Origin: Nemertoderma westbladi
Taxonomy: Eukaryota > Animalia > Xenacoelomorpha
DNA length: 64,000 nt
Assembly (NCBI GenBank): GCA_032718475.1
Contig: JAUCBJ010005606.1
Location: 1 to 64,000 of the forward strand
Direction of reading: 5' to 3'
Position numbers and translations under genes: made by a program. Positions 50,783 to 61,647 of the stretch are shown one piece after another (position 1 is the stretch's first letter; every line of letters starts with the position of its first letter). The notes beneath the pieces were generated by a model. It did no database searches. It was not told the origin of the DNA and saw only the letters and a list, made by a program, of their open reading frames with translations.

Positions 50783-51759
50783 TTGCTTATCCATTGTGCA
50801 TAGATTGTACAGGAATGAATCTGTAAGCAGATTCAATTCCGCTGCATTACCCTCATAAAATGGGATAGTGGCATTTTCAGCAATATATTGGAGATACGAG
50901 ATTAGCAGTAACTAATCTCGTACCACAACCAACATCGGGGACAGTACAAACCCCAAAGCTACACACAAAGGGAGGTTAGAGGTCAAACCACCTCGGAAGG
51001 GGAGACAGCTAGCAGGGGCCAGCGACAGGGGGGAAACACTCCCAGAGAGTGAAAAGCGTGAAGTAGGTTATTAGCCAATAAGGGCGAAGGAGAGCATCCA
51101 CTAGGTAAGAGGCCATGGTAATGTAGAAGTGATCACACATATTATCTATGTATATTGGTATATCATTCAGTTACTCAGATTGTCAGTTTTAGTGCAGACC
51201 GGTAACATTCTTCACCGTCACCAATATCAGTACAGCATACCGGTATCCATCAAATCTGTACTTCCGCTTTTATTGTGCTATCATTATCAACATTTAGAAT
51301 ATCAAGAGACTACATCAAACTCTCATTATTTTACTACATTGGCCTCGGCCTAGCTGCTAGCGCTATCCCTAAAGCAAAACGGTGACGCGTAGTATATTTA
51401 TCCGGTCGGGATCACTTGATCCCGTCACAGTGAAGAATTCCCAACTGAACTGAACTGAACTGTGACTGCCAGACGCCAGAGACAAAGAAAAGATGAGCAC
51501 ATGAGAACCCCGATTATCAGAGGGAGAGAGGACACCGCCGCGGACCTCGGACGACACCAACCAAACGATCCGCGAGGCCGCGACGAGACGGTATCGACCT
51601 GCGACACCGGATTCGCCGACGAGGGACGATCCGGTACCCCAAGCGGAGGGCGGCCGTCAATCACGAGAGAGGGACGAGTCGACGCACGACGGCGGTAGGA
51701 GTACCGAAGTCACCAGCCAGCCACAGGCCGAGGGCGACGGACGGCCCACCGGAACGGCG

Positions 51760-54700
51760 ATGGTGGGGCCGCCGGTACGACGCCGAACCAGGAGAGGAGG
51801 AGGAGATGTCGGCGAAGAGGACGTTGGGACCAGCGATCGGCTACGACGGTCCTACAACGCCACGAAGAAACTATTACAGGAGGCCAGAGAGGGAGGAAAG
51901 GTAAACCAGGGAAAGTTAAACCAACGGCTAGGTGAGTCGAATAAACACTTTCGGTATCTAGTTCGTTTTGGGCAGGGAGAACTGGTGAGTGAGAGAGCGA
52001 GGGGGGTCGCCACCGAACTATTCGAACTGTGGCAATCCGGGGTTATGGAGCCTGAAGTAGTGTACGTAGGGCCATATTTAGTGGATGCCAGGGGAATTAA
52101 GTTAGTGGGTTGGGTGGATCCGCATGAGGGCGAACCTGAGGTTAACCCCGAGGATTTGGTCTCGTCGGTTAGCGAGAACCCCAGAAAGCAGGGGAAAGTT
52201 AGTAGGACAGAGAGGCGACGGGAGTCTGTTGCGACCGATAAGTCCGCTACATCCTCCGCGAAAGCAAGAAGGGTGTTAGAGATAGATCTGGCGTGTCAAC
52301 TAGACATGGTGGCGCTAGACCAGAAATAATTAGAGAGGCAGTTGGATGAGGGAACTGCTTTGTTAGAGAAAGAGAGAGAGTTGGCGAGGGAATGTAGAGA
52401 GAGGGCCGAAAGGGTGGCGAAGAACTGTAGAGAGCAAGAAGAGAGAGAGACAGAGGAACGTAAAGAGCGAGAGGCGAGAGTAGAGAACGAGCGTAAAGAG
52501 CGGGAGACGAGAGTAGAGAACGAGCGTAAAGAGCGAGAGATGAGAGTAGAGAACGAGCGTAAAGAGCGAGAAGTGAGAGAGGCAGCGAGGGTGGAGAGAG
52601 AAACGAATGAACATAAAGAGCGGGAGGCGAGAGTGGAGAGCGAGCGTAGAGAGCGGGAGGCGAGAGTAGAGAGCGAGCGTAGAGAGCGGGTGGCGAGAGA
52701 AACAGAGTTAGCGAACCAGAGTTTACGAGAGGATAGAGAGAGAGAGAGAGAGCGGGAAAGCGCATGCGGGATGATATGCATGCCCAGTTGAGGGGGCTTA
52801 TGCAATATCAGGCCAAGCAGAAGCGCCGACTAGACCTGGTGCAACTAGGATTATCTGAGAGTGAGGCTGGCTCGGGCAGTATTTACGAGGAGCCAGAAGT
52901 GATGGAAACGTTTGTTAATACCCCACTTGCAGGGACCGGACGACAGACCCAAGACTGGTGTAACCGTATGGGCGGGGGGGGGGGGGGGGGGTAATAATAA
53001 TACGTTAGAAGGCATTAATATTAATAGTACCGTAGTAGACAACCCTAATCAAACTTTCATTGCAGGAAATAATATTTTGCCCAGTAATAATAACTTAAAT
53101 CCAAATAATTCTAACATAAATATACAAAATAATAACCCTAATATAAATATAGAAAATAATTCAAATAATAATTTAAATTCAAATATACAAAATAATCCGA
53201 TTCCAATTTAAATATACAAAATAATAATTCTAACATAAATACACAAAATAATTTAAATAACAACCCAAATTCCGAACAGAATAATTTAAATAATTTAGGT
53301 AATAATGTTGTTGATAATGGTGCTATTAATATGAACGCGGGAGACATAGGTGGTCCGACCAGCGAGAGCCTGCAAGGCCACGTAGTTAGTATGCAGGGAG
53401 TAGCGGGGGTGAGTCAACCTGACGGGAGCCTGCAAGGCCACGCAGTAGTAGAGGGAGAGGCGGGGGTGAATAGACCCAGCCGCAGTAGAGATAGTGCGTC
53501 GAATAGAGAGGGGCGTAGAAGCGAAGTAGAAGATAGTGAAGCAATAGGTGGCGAGTGGGGGGGGGGGGGGGGTACAGGCGTCCCACCACGGGAGATTAGT
53601 GGTGCGAGGGGGGGCAGACAATGTCCCACGGGCGTCGGCGGATCATGCGAGGGGCAAGTTAGGTGAACCGCAGCACCCGGCGATGGAGAATAGTAGGGGG
53701 ATTACGAATATCCCCAGCAGCATCCAACCAGCTAGAGAGAGAGATGTTGGCGTTGTGAGCAGGCGAGCGAAAAGACGCCGAGCCCAGTCAGAAGACGGAA
53801 GAAGAACAGTGGAGTTTAACCGGGAGGTCAACGAGAGATCTCATGAGCGGGAACGCTACACTGAAGAGAGAAGAAGAGAAGAGAATTGGAGAAGCGTTGC
53901 TACGAGCGACTGGAGAGCGAGGATGGATAGCGAGCCGTCGGTAGTAGAGATGGAGTTGGAGAGTCAGTGGGGTCGAACTCCGGGAGATTGCCGTCGCCCC
54001 GGAGAGACGCAGCCTGGCGAAATATATCATACGCCAGGAGAGGGGTACAGAATGTACTGGTACGAGGACGAGAACAGGAGAGGGGATCGAAGAGAAACTT
54101 CCCAACGGGATATAGCTGCCGATCGAGGGTACGGTAGTCGCAGGGAGGACTTCTTGGATTATTCGAGAAGGTTAAACTTCGGTCCGGAAGGACACATACA
54201 GACTGCAGGACATACTGTAGGCCTTACTGCACATACTATAGGCCATGCTGGGAGAGATAGTGTAGGCGATAGGGTAGCGCGAACAACGGGATTAGATCCG
54301 GAAGTCGCGGCATATATACCGGTAGGTAGGCAAGAAGTGGATAGGCCTATACCGGTACCAGCACAGCAGTATGACTATAATATGCAGGGACATAACATAT
54401 ATCCAGGGGAGGGGAGAGTTATTGCAGATAGGTGTATGGGCCCCAATATATTAACATCAACCCCAGTACCAAACATACCACCGGTGGGGGGGGGGGGGGG
54501 ACAGGGTGACATTCCCCCATTACAATATCAACAATACACTCAACCGGGAATAAGAACATCGAACCCCCTGGACGAGAACAGATCTTGCGACACGGAGATA
54601 TGGAGGGGGCCGTTACCCCCAATGGTATATCCGACGCAAAGAAAGTCAACAGGCCCGACGGGCGGACCGCACCCAACGGGAGAATCTGTACAGCATCCCT

Positions 54701-55790
54701 CGAACCCATTGGAAGCACAGGCAATGGGAATGGCAACACTTATCGATGCGCTCAAGACCAGGATCGAGCTACCACCAGTAGAGCCATTTAAATTCGACGG
54801 AAGCAGACCGGAAGAATACCTGCAATTCCGACGCATGTACAGCAACGAGATATTAACTAAGAACCTGACGCAGGCGGAGTGCCTAAAATATCTACAGGTA
54901 TACACAGGAGGCCCAGCGTACGACATCGTGAGGCAGTATCAGGGCATCGAGGGTGGCTTCACGACTGCATGGCGGGCCCTAGACAGGGAATACGGACACC
55001 CTGCCAAGATCATCCGGCAGACCCTGAGGGGAATAACATCGGGTGGCCTACAGGATAACCCTGTTAGCATAAAGACCTTCGCGAACAAGGTCGAGAAGGC
55101 GTTAATCGTGCTGAAAACGCTAGACGCGCCATACGAACTCAACGCATCTAATAATATCACCACGATAGCGCAGGCACTGCCGATCTGGCTGCGCAATAAA
55201 TGGAGAAAGATCGCCTTCTCCACCCGGGAGAAGAAAGGTGCGGAACCGGGCCTAGAGGAAATGTCGAACTTCCTCAACTACGAAGCAGAGTTAATCACGG
55301 ACCCAGTCTACAGCGAGGATAGTCTGGGGAAGGCGCCGAGGGCCGAATACAACAGGCCGAAACCAGAGCACAATGCGGCAAATGCGTTGCCAAAATTAAG
55401 ACAATCCCTACCATACGCGGCGTCACAGGGGACTGCAAGTCCACAGATAGCTGGGAGTGGGGCCAGACTGTGGCACGAACAGGGACAAAATAACAACACA
55501 AACAAATATAATCCCAACACACCCAGTAGGCCAAACCCAAATAACCAAAACACTAAACCGGTAGACGTGAACCTACGCGCAATACGTATAGGGCTATATA
55601 GGGAATGTTACAACCCAGAATAGAAATGTCAATTGCATAAAGACAGAACCCATAAGACCATGGACTGTAAGCATTGGCTGGCATTACCCGAACAAGATCG
55701 GAAAGCCTATGCGGATAAGAATGGAATTTGTCACCGATGTGTGGTAGGAGGACACAAGGTTGAAGAGTGTAAGGAGACACCAGTAAGATT
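51760..55790 (+). pseudogene. BEL/Pao gag region (coiled-coil E/R repeats, Asn-rich tract, DUF1759-like capsid, Zn knuckles), broken by stops and frameshifts
   Basis: IELPPVEPFKFDGSRPEEYLQF, LKYLQVYTGGPA, ALDREYG, LPIWLRNKW; CHRCVVGGHKVEEC knuckle; frame changes at poly-G runs. Confidence 0.8.
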
Positions 55791-58332
55791 CGGTCAAGGC
55801 AAAGGTCAAACAATGGCGACAAGCACCATAGGGGCGAAGAAAAGGGGAACGGTGCTACTGGGGGTGGTACCGGTGAGGGTAATAGGAGAGGGCGGTCGAT
55901 CAGTTACTACCTTGATGCTGGTTGACAGTGGAGCAGCCTTCACATTGGTGGAGAATTGGGTGGCTGAAGAGATAGGGTTACAGACGAGGCCAAGCAGAAT
56001 GGCGGTAACTACCATCTCCAGCAAAGATGAGGTCCTGGAGATGAGGACGGGAAGGTGCGAGATATCAGCGATAGCACCGGGATGTGACTATGGGGCGACC
56101 ATCGACCCCATCTAGGTAATAGAATCAATCAACATAAACACCAGCCGACCAACTAACATCGAGGTCGACCAGTATAGATTCCTGGACAACATCGATTTCT
56201 CGATACCAGAGGTGGACGTCAGGAAGGTATCCATCATAGTGGGAATGGACTGCCCGACGGCTCACGAAAGAGTACAGACGATCTTCGGGGAAGACAGACA
56301 GCGCGATCCGATGGCAATTCTCACACCATTCGGATGGACGCTGAGCGGCCCAATCAAAACCAAAATTCCATTTAGGATGTCGGAGACATCGGGGTGCATG
56401 TTCGCGGGGACTATGAGGGAGATGGAAGATGAAGGAGCGGAGGAACAGCTGAAGAGACTGTTGAGGCAGGCTTTTGAAGGACTGAAGGAGACCGGGGTCG
56501 GAACCTCGGTAGAGGATAAACAGGCAGTTGCAGAGTGTGAAGGAGTCGATGAGATGCGACGAGGGACGGTACACCATAGGCATGGTGTGGAAACAGCCGA
56601 AGTTGCCGTTGCCTGACAACAAGAGGATGGTACTCACGAGGCTTCGCATACTGAAGCAAACGCTTAAACGGAGCCCCGAGAAGGATGAGTACATCCATAG
56701 GACGATAAAGAAGTACGCCGAGAAAGGATGGGCCGTGGAGTTGCCGGTTGACGAACCAATCACGGACAGGACCTACTACCTGCCACTTCATGTGGCTTTA
56801 GACCCAAAGAAGGGTAACTGCGGATGGTGGTTGACGCATCGGCTAAAACCAATGGCAAGAGCCTGAACGACTATCTGCTCAAGGGCCCCAATATCTACAA
56901 CTCGGGGATAGAGGTCTTGTTGAGATTTAGGAATGGGAGGCACACCTTCACGTGCGACATCGAAGGCATGTTCAACCAGGTCCGTATGACGGAGGAGGAC
57001 AGCGACAGCCAGCGCTTCCTATGGTACAACGGCGACGAGGAATCATCGACAATACCGATGTACAAGATGGTGGTGCAGAACATGGGGGCCAAGTCGTCCT
57101 CATTCACGACGACTGTGGCTGTAAGAGATACGGTAGAGGGGAAAGAGGGGAAGTATAGCGCCAAAGCGATCGATATGATTCGACACAGCTTCTATGTAGA
57201 CGACGGGATGGAGTCTGGAAACACGGTTAAAGAATTACTGGACACAGGGCGCGAGGTTCGCGACATCCTGAAAGGATCCGGATTTAACCTGACCAAGTTT
57301 CAGTCCAGCTCAGAGGAGTTTATGAAAGCCATAGAGGACAGGCGGCCAGAGTCGACCATGGACAACCCCACAACAGCCAAGGGACAGGACATGGCGGACA
57401 AGAGAGTAGAGTCTCAGCAGAAGGCGCTGGGGATCGTGTGGAACCGGGAGACGGACGAGTTCAAGTACCAACAGAGCCAGGAGGGCGCGGAGATCCACAC
57501 AAAGAGGGGCTATGTATCGTACATAGCAAGGATATACGATCCCTTAGGCCTGGCATCCCCATTGTTAGTCACGGGGAAGCAGATACTTAAGAAAGTATAT
57601 AAGTTAAAGGACGAGTGGGATACGGAGGTCCCGGAAGAGATATGCAAGCAATGGAGCAAGTGGACAGGGAGTCAAGAACAGATGGGGACGTACAGCATGC
57701 CACGCGTGTATTTCCCGAACGGGGACATGACGGATCTGGACCTACACATGTTCTCCGATGCATCATTGGAAGCATACGGAGCGGCACTCTACCTAGTACA
57801 GCGAAAGGGGGCTCATAAGCCCAGACTTGCATTCAGTAAAGCAAAGTCGATGCCGCCAGATTCAGCATCAGTCCCAAAATTCGAGTTGACAGCTGCAAGA
57901 TTAGGAGTAAGGGCCACAGCCTACTTGATGGACACTATTCCCAACATAGTGGAAACACACTACTGGATGGACTCCATGGTAGTGCTCGGGTGGCTGCACA
58001 ACGAGAAGACGAGATACCCTATATTCGTCGTGAATAGGGTGGACGAAATATGGGCGACGACAGACTTGGAAAGGTGGCACTACTGCCCAACGGACGAGAA
58101 CCCAGCAGACTTGTTATCGAGGGGTGTGGCACGCCACACTTTCTCAAAGAAGGAAGTGCTATGGCAGCATGGGCCACACTTCCTGAATGATAGATCGGCC
58201 TGGCCACCAATGAAGAAGGTGGACCCGGGCTCAGAGGAAGTAGCACCAGGGGAAGAGGGAGAAGATTCAGAAGGAGAAGAGATATATAGTCAGATGGTGA
58301 GGGAAGTCAGGGAGGTACAACCGAAATTATAA
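55791..58332 (+). pseudogene. BEL/Pao protease, reverse transcriptase and RNase H
   Basis: LVDSGAAFT (aspartic protease), LTPFGWTLSGP, YYLPLH, VVDASAKTNGKSLNDYLLKGPN, CDIEGMFNQV, SFYVDDG, IYDPLGLASP, MFSDASLEAYGA, WMDSMVVLGW, ENPADLLSRG. Confidence 0.9.
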
Positions 58333-58398
58333 GAGCCATGTGACAACCCGACGGATAGGATACTCAGCTACAGCTCCAGTTGGTACAAGACCAAGAAG

Positions 58399-59694
58399 TT
58401 GGTAGCGTACTGGAGGGCCTACGGGGATTTCCTCAAGGGAGTTGGCAAGGACGCCAAGAGGAAACCAAATATCTATCGAGTTAGCAAACAACAACATCTT
58501 CGTCGGGACAGCGAGCTCATCACGCTGTCACCACAACTCAACGATGACGGGATTCTAGTGATGAATTCCAGAGTGCTGAATAACAACAGCCTTATCATTC
58601 CACCAAAACCCATTATCATCCCCAACAGATCGCTGATAGTCCACCAGATCAATTGGGACTCCCACAAGTCGATAGGCACCAACCAGACCCTCACAGAGAT
58701 ACGGAGGACCTTCTGGATCGCGCAGCTAAGAAAGAAGGTGAAGGCGGTAGTGGGGCAGTGCCAGACCTGCCGACGGACAAGGAAGGAGAGGGCCGTACAG
58801 GAGATGGCGCCATTACCGGCCAGTAGAGTGAGACAGCACGACCCGCCATTCACGCACTGCGGCGTAGACATGTACGGGCTGATTAAGATCAAGGTGATGC
58901 GACACACGGAGAAACGATACGGCATCATCTTCGTATGTAACAACACGAGGGCGGTAGGAATAGAACTCGCCCAAGACGCCACGGCATCGGCATTCATCAA
59001 TGCCTTAGAGAGATTTAGAGACCGCAAAGGTGGAACGATCGCAGTGATCTATTCCGACAATGGAACCAACTATGTGGGAGCGGAGAACGAGTTGGCGGAG
59101 GCCTTGGACATCCTAGAAGGAGAAGAGGTCAGGGCAGCCATGAGGATACAACAGGTGAAGTGGGAAAGGAGGACGCCGTATGCGCCACATACGTTAGGAT
59201 GCGTCGAGAGGCTTGTGGGTAGTTCCAAGCATCTGATGACGAAGTTGATGAACACCCACATGGTGACAGAGGACATTCTAAGAACGGTGCTAGCTAAGTG
59301 TGAGGGAATCATTAATAGCAGACCGCTATACCCGGAGAATGACGACCCGGAATCACTAGACGTGCTAACACCGAGCCAATTTCTGATGGAAAGGCCAGCG
59401 ACCATCGACATGCGGGGTGTAGACCCAGATGACATACACTCCCGACAGAGTTGGAAAGTCGCCAAGGCGATAAGCGCCGAGTATTGGAGGAGGTGGGTCG
59501 AGGAATACCTACCCACATTACACAGGAGGAGCAAGTGGAGAAACACCACTCGAGAGTTAAAGAAAGGTGACTTAGTGATCGTCACTGACGACACAATCAT
59601 CAACAATCAGTGGAGGCTAGCGAGAGTAGTAGACACTTACCCTGACGAGGACGGAAGAGTCCGATCGGTGGAAGTGCGGATAGGGGTAAGATAG
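58399..59694 (+). CDS. BEL/Pao integrase (HHCC remnant, DDE core, DUF5641-like C-terminus)
   Basis: CQTCRR, MAPLPASRV, PFTHCGVDMYG, IYSDNGTNYVGA, ERLVG, INSRPL, LTPSQFL, YWRRWVEEYLPTL, DGRVRSVEV. Confidence 0.88.
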   Translation: MVAYWRAYGDFLKGVGKDAKRKPNIYRVSKQQHLRRDSELITLSPQLNDDGILVMNSRVLNNNSLIIPPKPIIIPNRSLIVHQINWDSHKSIGTNQTLTEIRRTFWIAQLRKKVKAVVGQCQTCRRTRKERAVQEMAPLPASRVRQHDPPFTHCGVDMYGLIKIKVMRHTEKRYGIIFVCNNTRAVGIELAQDATASAFINALERFRDRKGGTIAVIYSDNGTNYVGAENELAEALDILEGEEVRAAMRIQQVKWERRTPYAPHTLGCVERLVGSSKHLMTKLMNTHMVTEDILRTVLAKCEGIINSRPLYPENDDPESLDVLTPSQFLMERPATIDMRGVDPDDIHSRQSWKVAKAISAEYWRRWVEEYLPTLHRRSKWRNTTRELKKGDLVIVTDDTIINNQWRLARVVDTYPDEDGRVRSVEVRIGVR

Positions 59695-59919
59695 GAGCTA
59701 AAGATAGAAAGACCTACAGGAGGACTGTAGGGAAGTGCTGCCTATTATAAGGGGCAGCATAGAGTTTAGTCGTCCAAGTGTTGGACTGAGGGGGGTGGGA
59801 TTGAGGGCGAGACGCCCTTCCCACACAAAATATAAAAAAATAATAAAAATAATAAATTGATGATTGTGGTGCATATAATGCTAATGCTAAATAATTGTGG
59901 TGCATATGTGTGTTGCGTC

Positions 59920-60890
59920 TCAAATTCGCAAAACTCGAATCTAAGAAACCAATAAGAATGGACAGATGCATATCAACGCTATGTCCCATAATTAAAGACG
60001 GCAAGAAATACATAGGAACACTATTAAATAACGCACTAGAAGGGTTAGGGGTTATATATCCCATTATTATTCCAAAACAGTCACAAATAGTTGTTAAAAT
60101 CATAGCGGATTGCCATACGAAGGTTCAGCATCGCGTAACAAAAGAAACTATGGCAAGAGATAAGACTAAATTATTGGATACATTCGTTAAGAACAGATAA
60201 TGACACCATTGCCAGAAGAACGTCTTACGGCGTATTTTACATTTTTCGCATTTTACAAATAGCGGAGTAAATCTATTTTGACATATAAGAGTGAAGATAG
60301 GACGCAAATACGACAAGGTGGGGTGCGATAATGGTATGTTACGCCAGCAGGGTGGTCGCTCTTTAAATAGTGAGGAATGTAAAGTGTGGAGGCATTCATT
60401 AACACATTACGATGTTTCATCAGCAACCACGGAGGGATGAAAACTATAAATTCTGACAACGGGGGAAACTTCATAGGTTCGAATGAGGAACTGAGAACAC
60501 TATACCAATACGCACAGACGCAAGAAGTTAATGCAACATCTATGAGAAACTGGCTATTGAAATTCCATATGACATAGGCACCACATTCCTCAGGGGTGTG
60601 GTAGCAGTTAATTGGTACAACTAAGAAGCAGATGTTAGCGGTTACACGGAACAGATGTCTTAATGAAGATACACTAGCAACAATATTTGCCGAGACAGCA
60701 GCCATTATGCACCCAAAGTGATGACCCGGAGTCGTATGAGGTACTTACACCAAGCCACCTGCTACTACAGAGGCCAGTACAGGTACTGACGCTGGAGTTA
60801 ATTGATGGCAGAGATTCCTATTCCAAGCGGACGTTGAAGGTAGGTAAAGAAATTTAAAGATTATTCTGGTAGAGATGGGTAGAGGATAGC
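59920..60890 (+). pseudogene. Second, older and AT-richer BEL/Pao integrase remnant
   Basis: YPIIIPKQSQIV, PLPEERL, AFINTLRCFISNHGG..INSDNGGNFIGS, APHSSGVW, DPESYEVLTPSHLLL, with many stops and frameshifts. Confidence 0.75.
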
Positions 60891-61647
60891 AGGAGCAGGA
60901 ATAAACTGGAATAGAAAATATAACTGATAACTTTCATCCACATCAAGATGCCGTGTGTCCTTCCTTCATGTCATTTAAGCAGTTCCGTCACTCTATGTTA
61001 CGGCAGCTTATTATATATAACACGTCCAAACCATTTCGGCACCTTTGGACTGCGACTACAGAGACGATATAACGAGTTTGTATTTAATCAGTAGAGGTTT
61101 AATTAAACTAATCCCATGCCATATAGAGAGAACAAACCAAATATACAGTAGTCATAGTTTCATAGTCCATATTAGTTGAGAAAATTCCAAGATAATCATA
61201 AGTTATGTAAGTTATCACATTTTGACTTTATTATTGTTATATTAATTTGAGTATTAAATCTTAATATCATAAACTGTAGAACCATTCTGACTTCCAGACT
61301 TGTCCAAGTCTACACAGGGCTATACATATCATCCAACTCAAAGAACATTCGCAATGGTCGTAAAAAAGTCACATATCCATAATGTTTGTATAAAGTAAAC
61401 CGTTGTATAAAGGCAACAAATATCTATTCCACTCTACCCACGTAGTTAAATTCCATTTCCTTTTCCAAATAAGCTCTAATATTAATATCTGTACGCAACA
61501 TATTCCTCCCTCGTTACTGCGGACACTAGTACACTATTAATTAATTAATGTTGAACTAAATGTAGAAAATGTAGTCAATTTCTATTATATTTGTTAGATT
61601 GAGGCAATATTCTTCAAATAATGTAATATTGTTTGTTTTAAGATAGA

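Larger units (their letters stand above)
50795..59800 (+). mobile_element. BEL/Pao LTR retrotransposon, near full-length, disrupted; 3' LTR not recognisable
   Basis: Gag-PR-RT-RH-IN order. Putative 5' LTR end ...tactaca at 51338 followed by PBS-like ttggcctcggcc; PPT-like gaggggggtggga at 59788-59800; markedly higher GC than the flanks. The LTR start is a guess. Confidence 0.85.

Noticed and set aside
52247-59606. Many antisense and overlapping ORFs within the BEL/Pao element, LINEs and receptor genes
   Set aside because: Shadow ORFs of real coding strands or GC-rich sequence.
50880-59800. GC-rich island as horizontal transfer or contamination
   Set aside because: Fully explained by the BEL/Pao retrotransposon.
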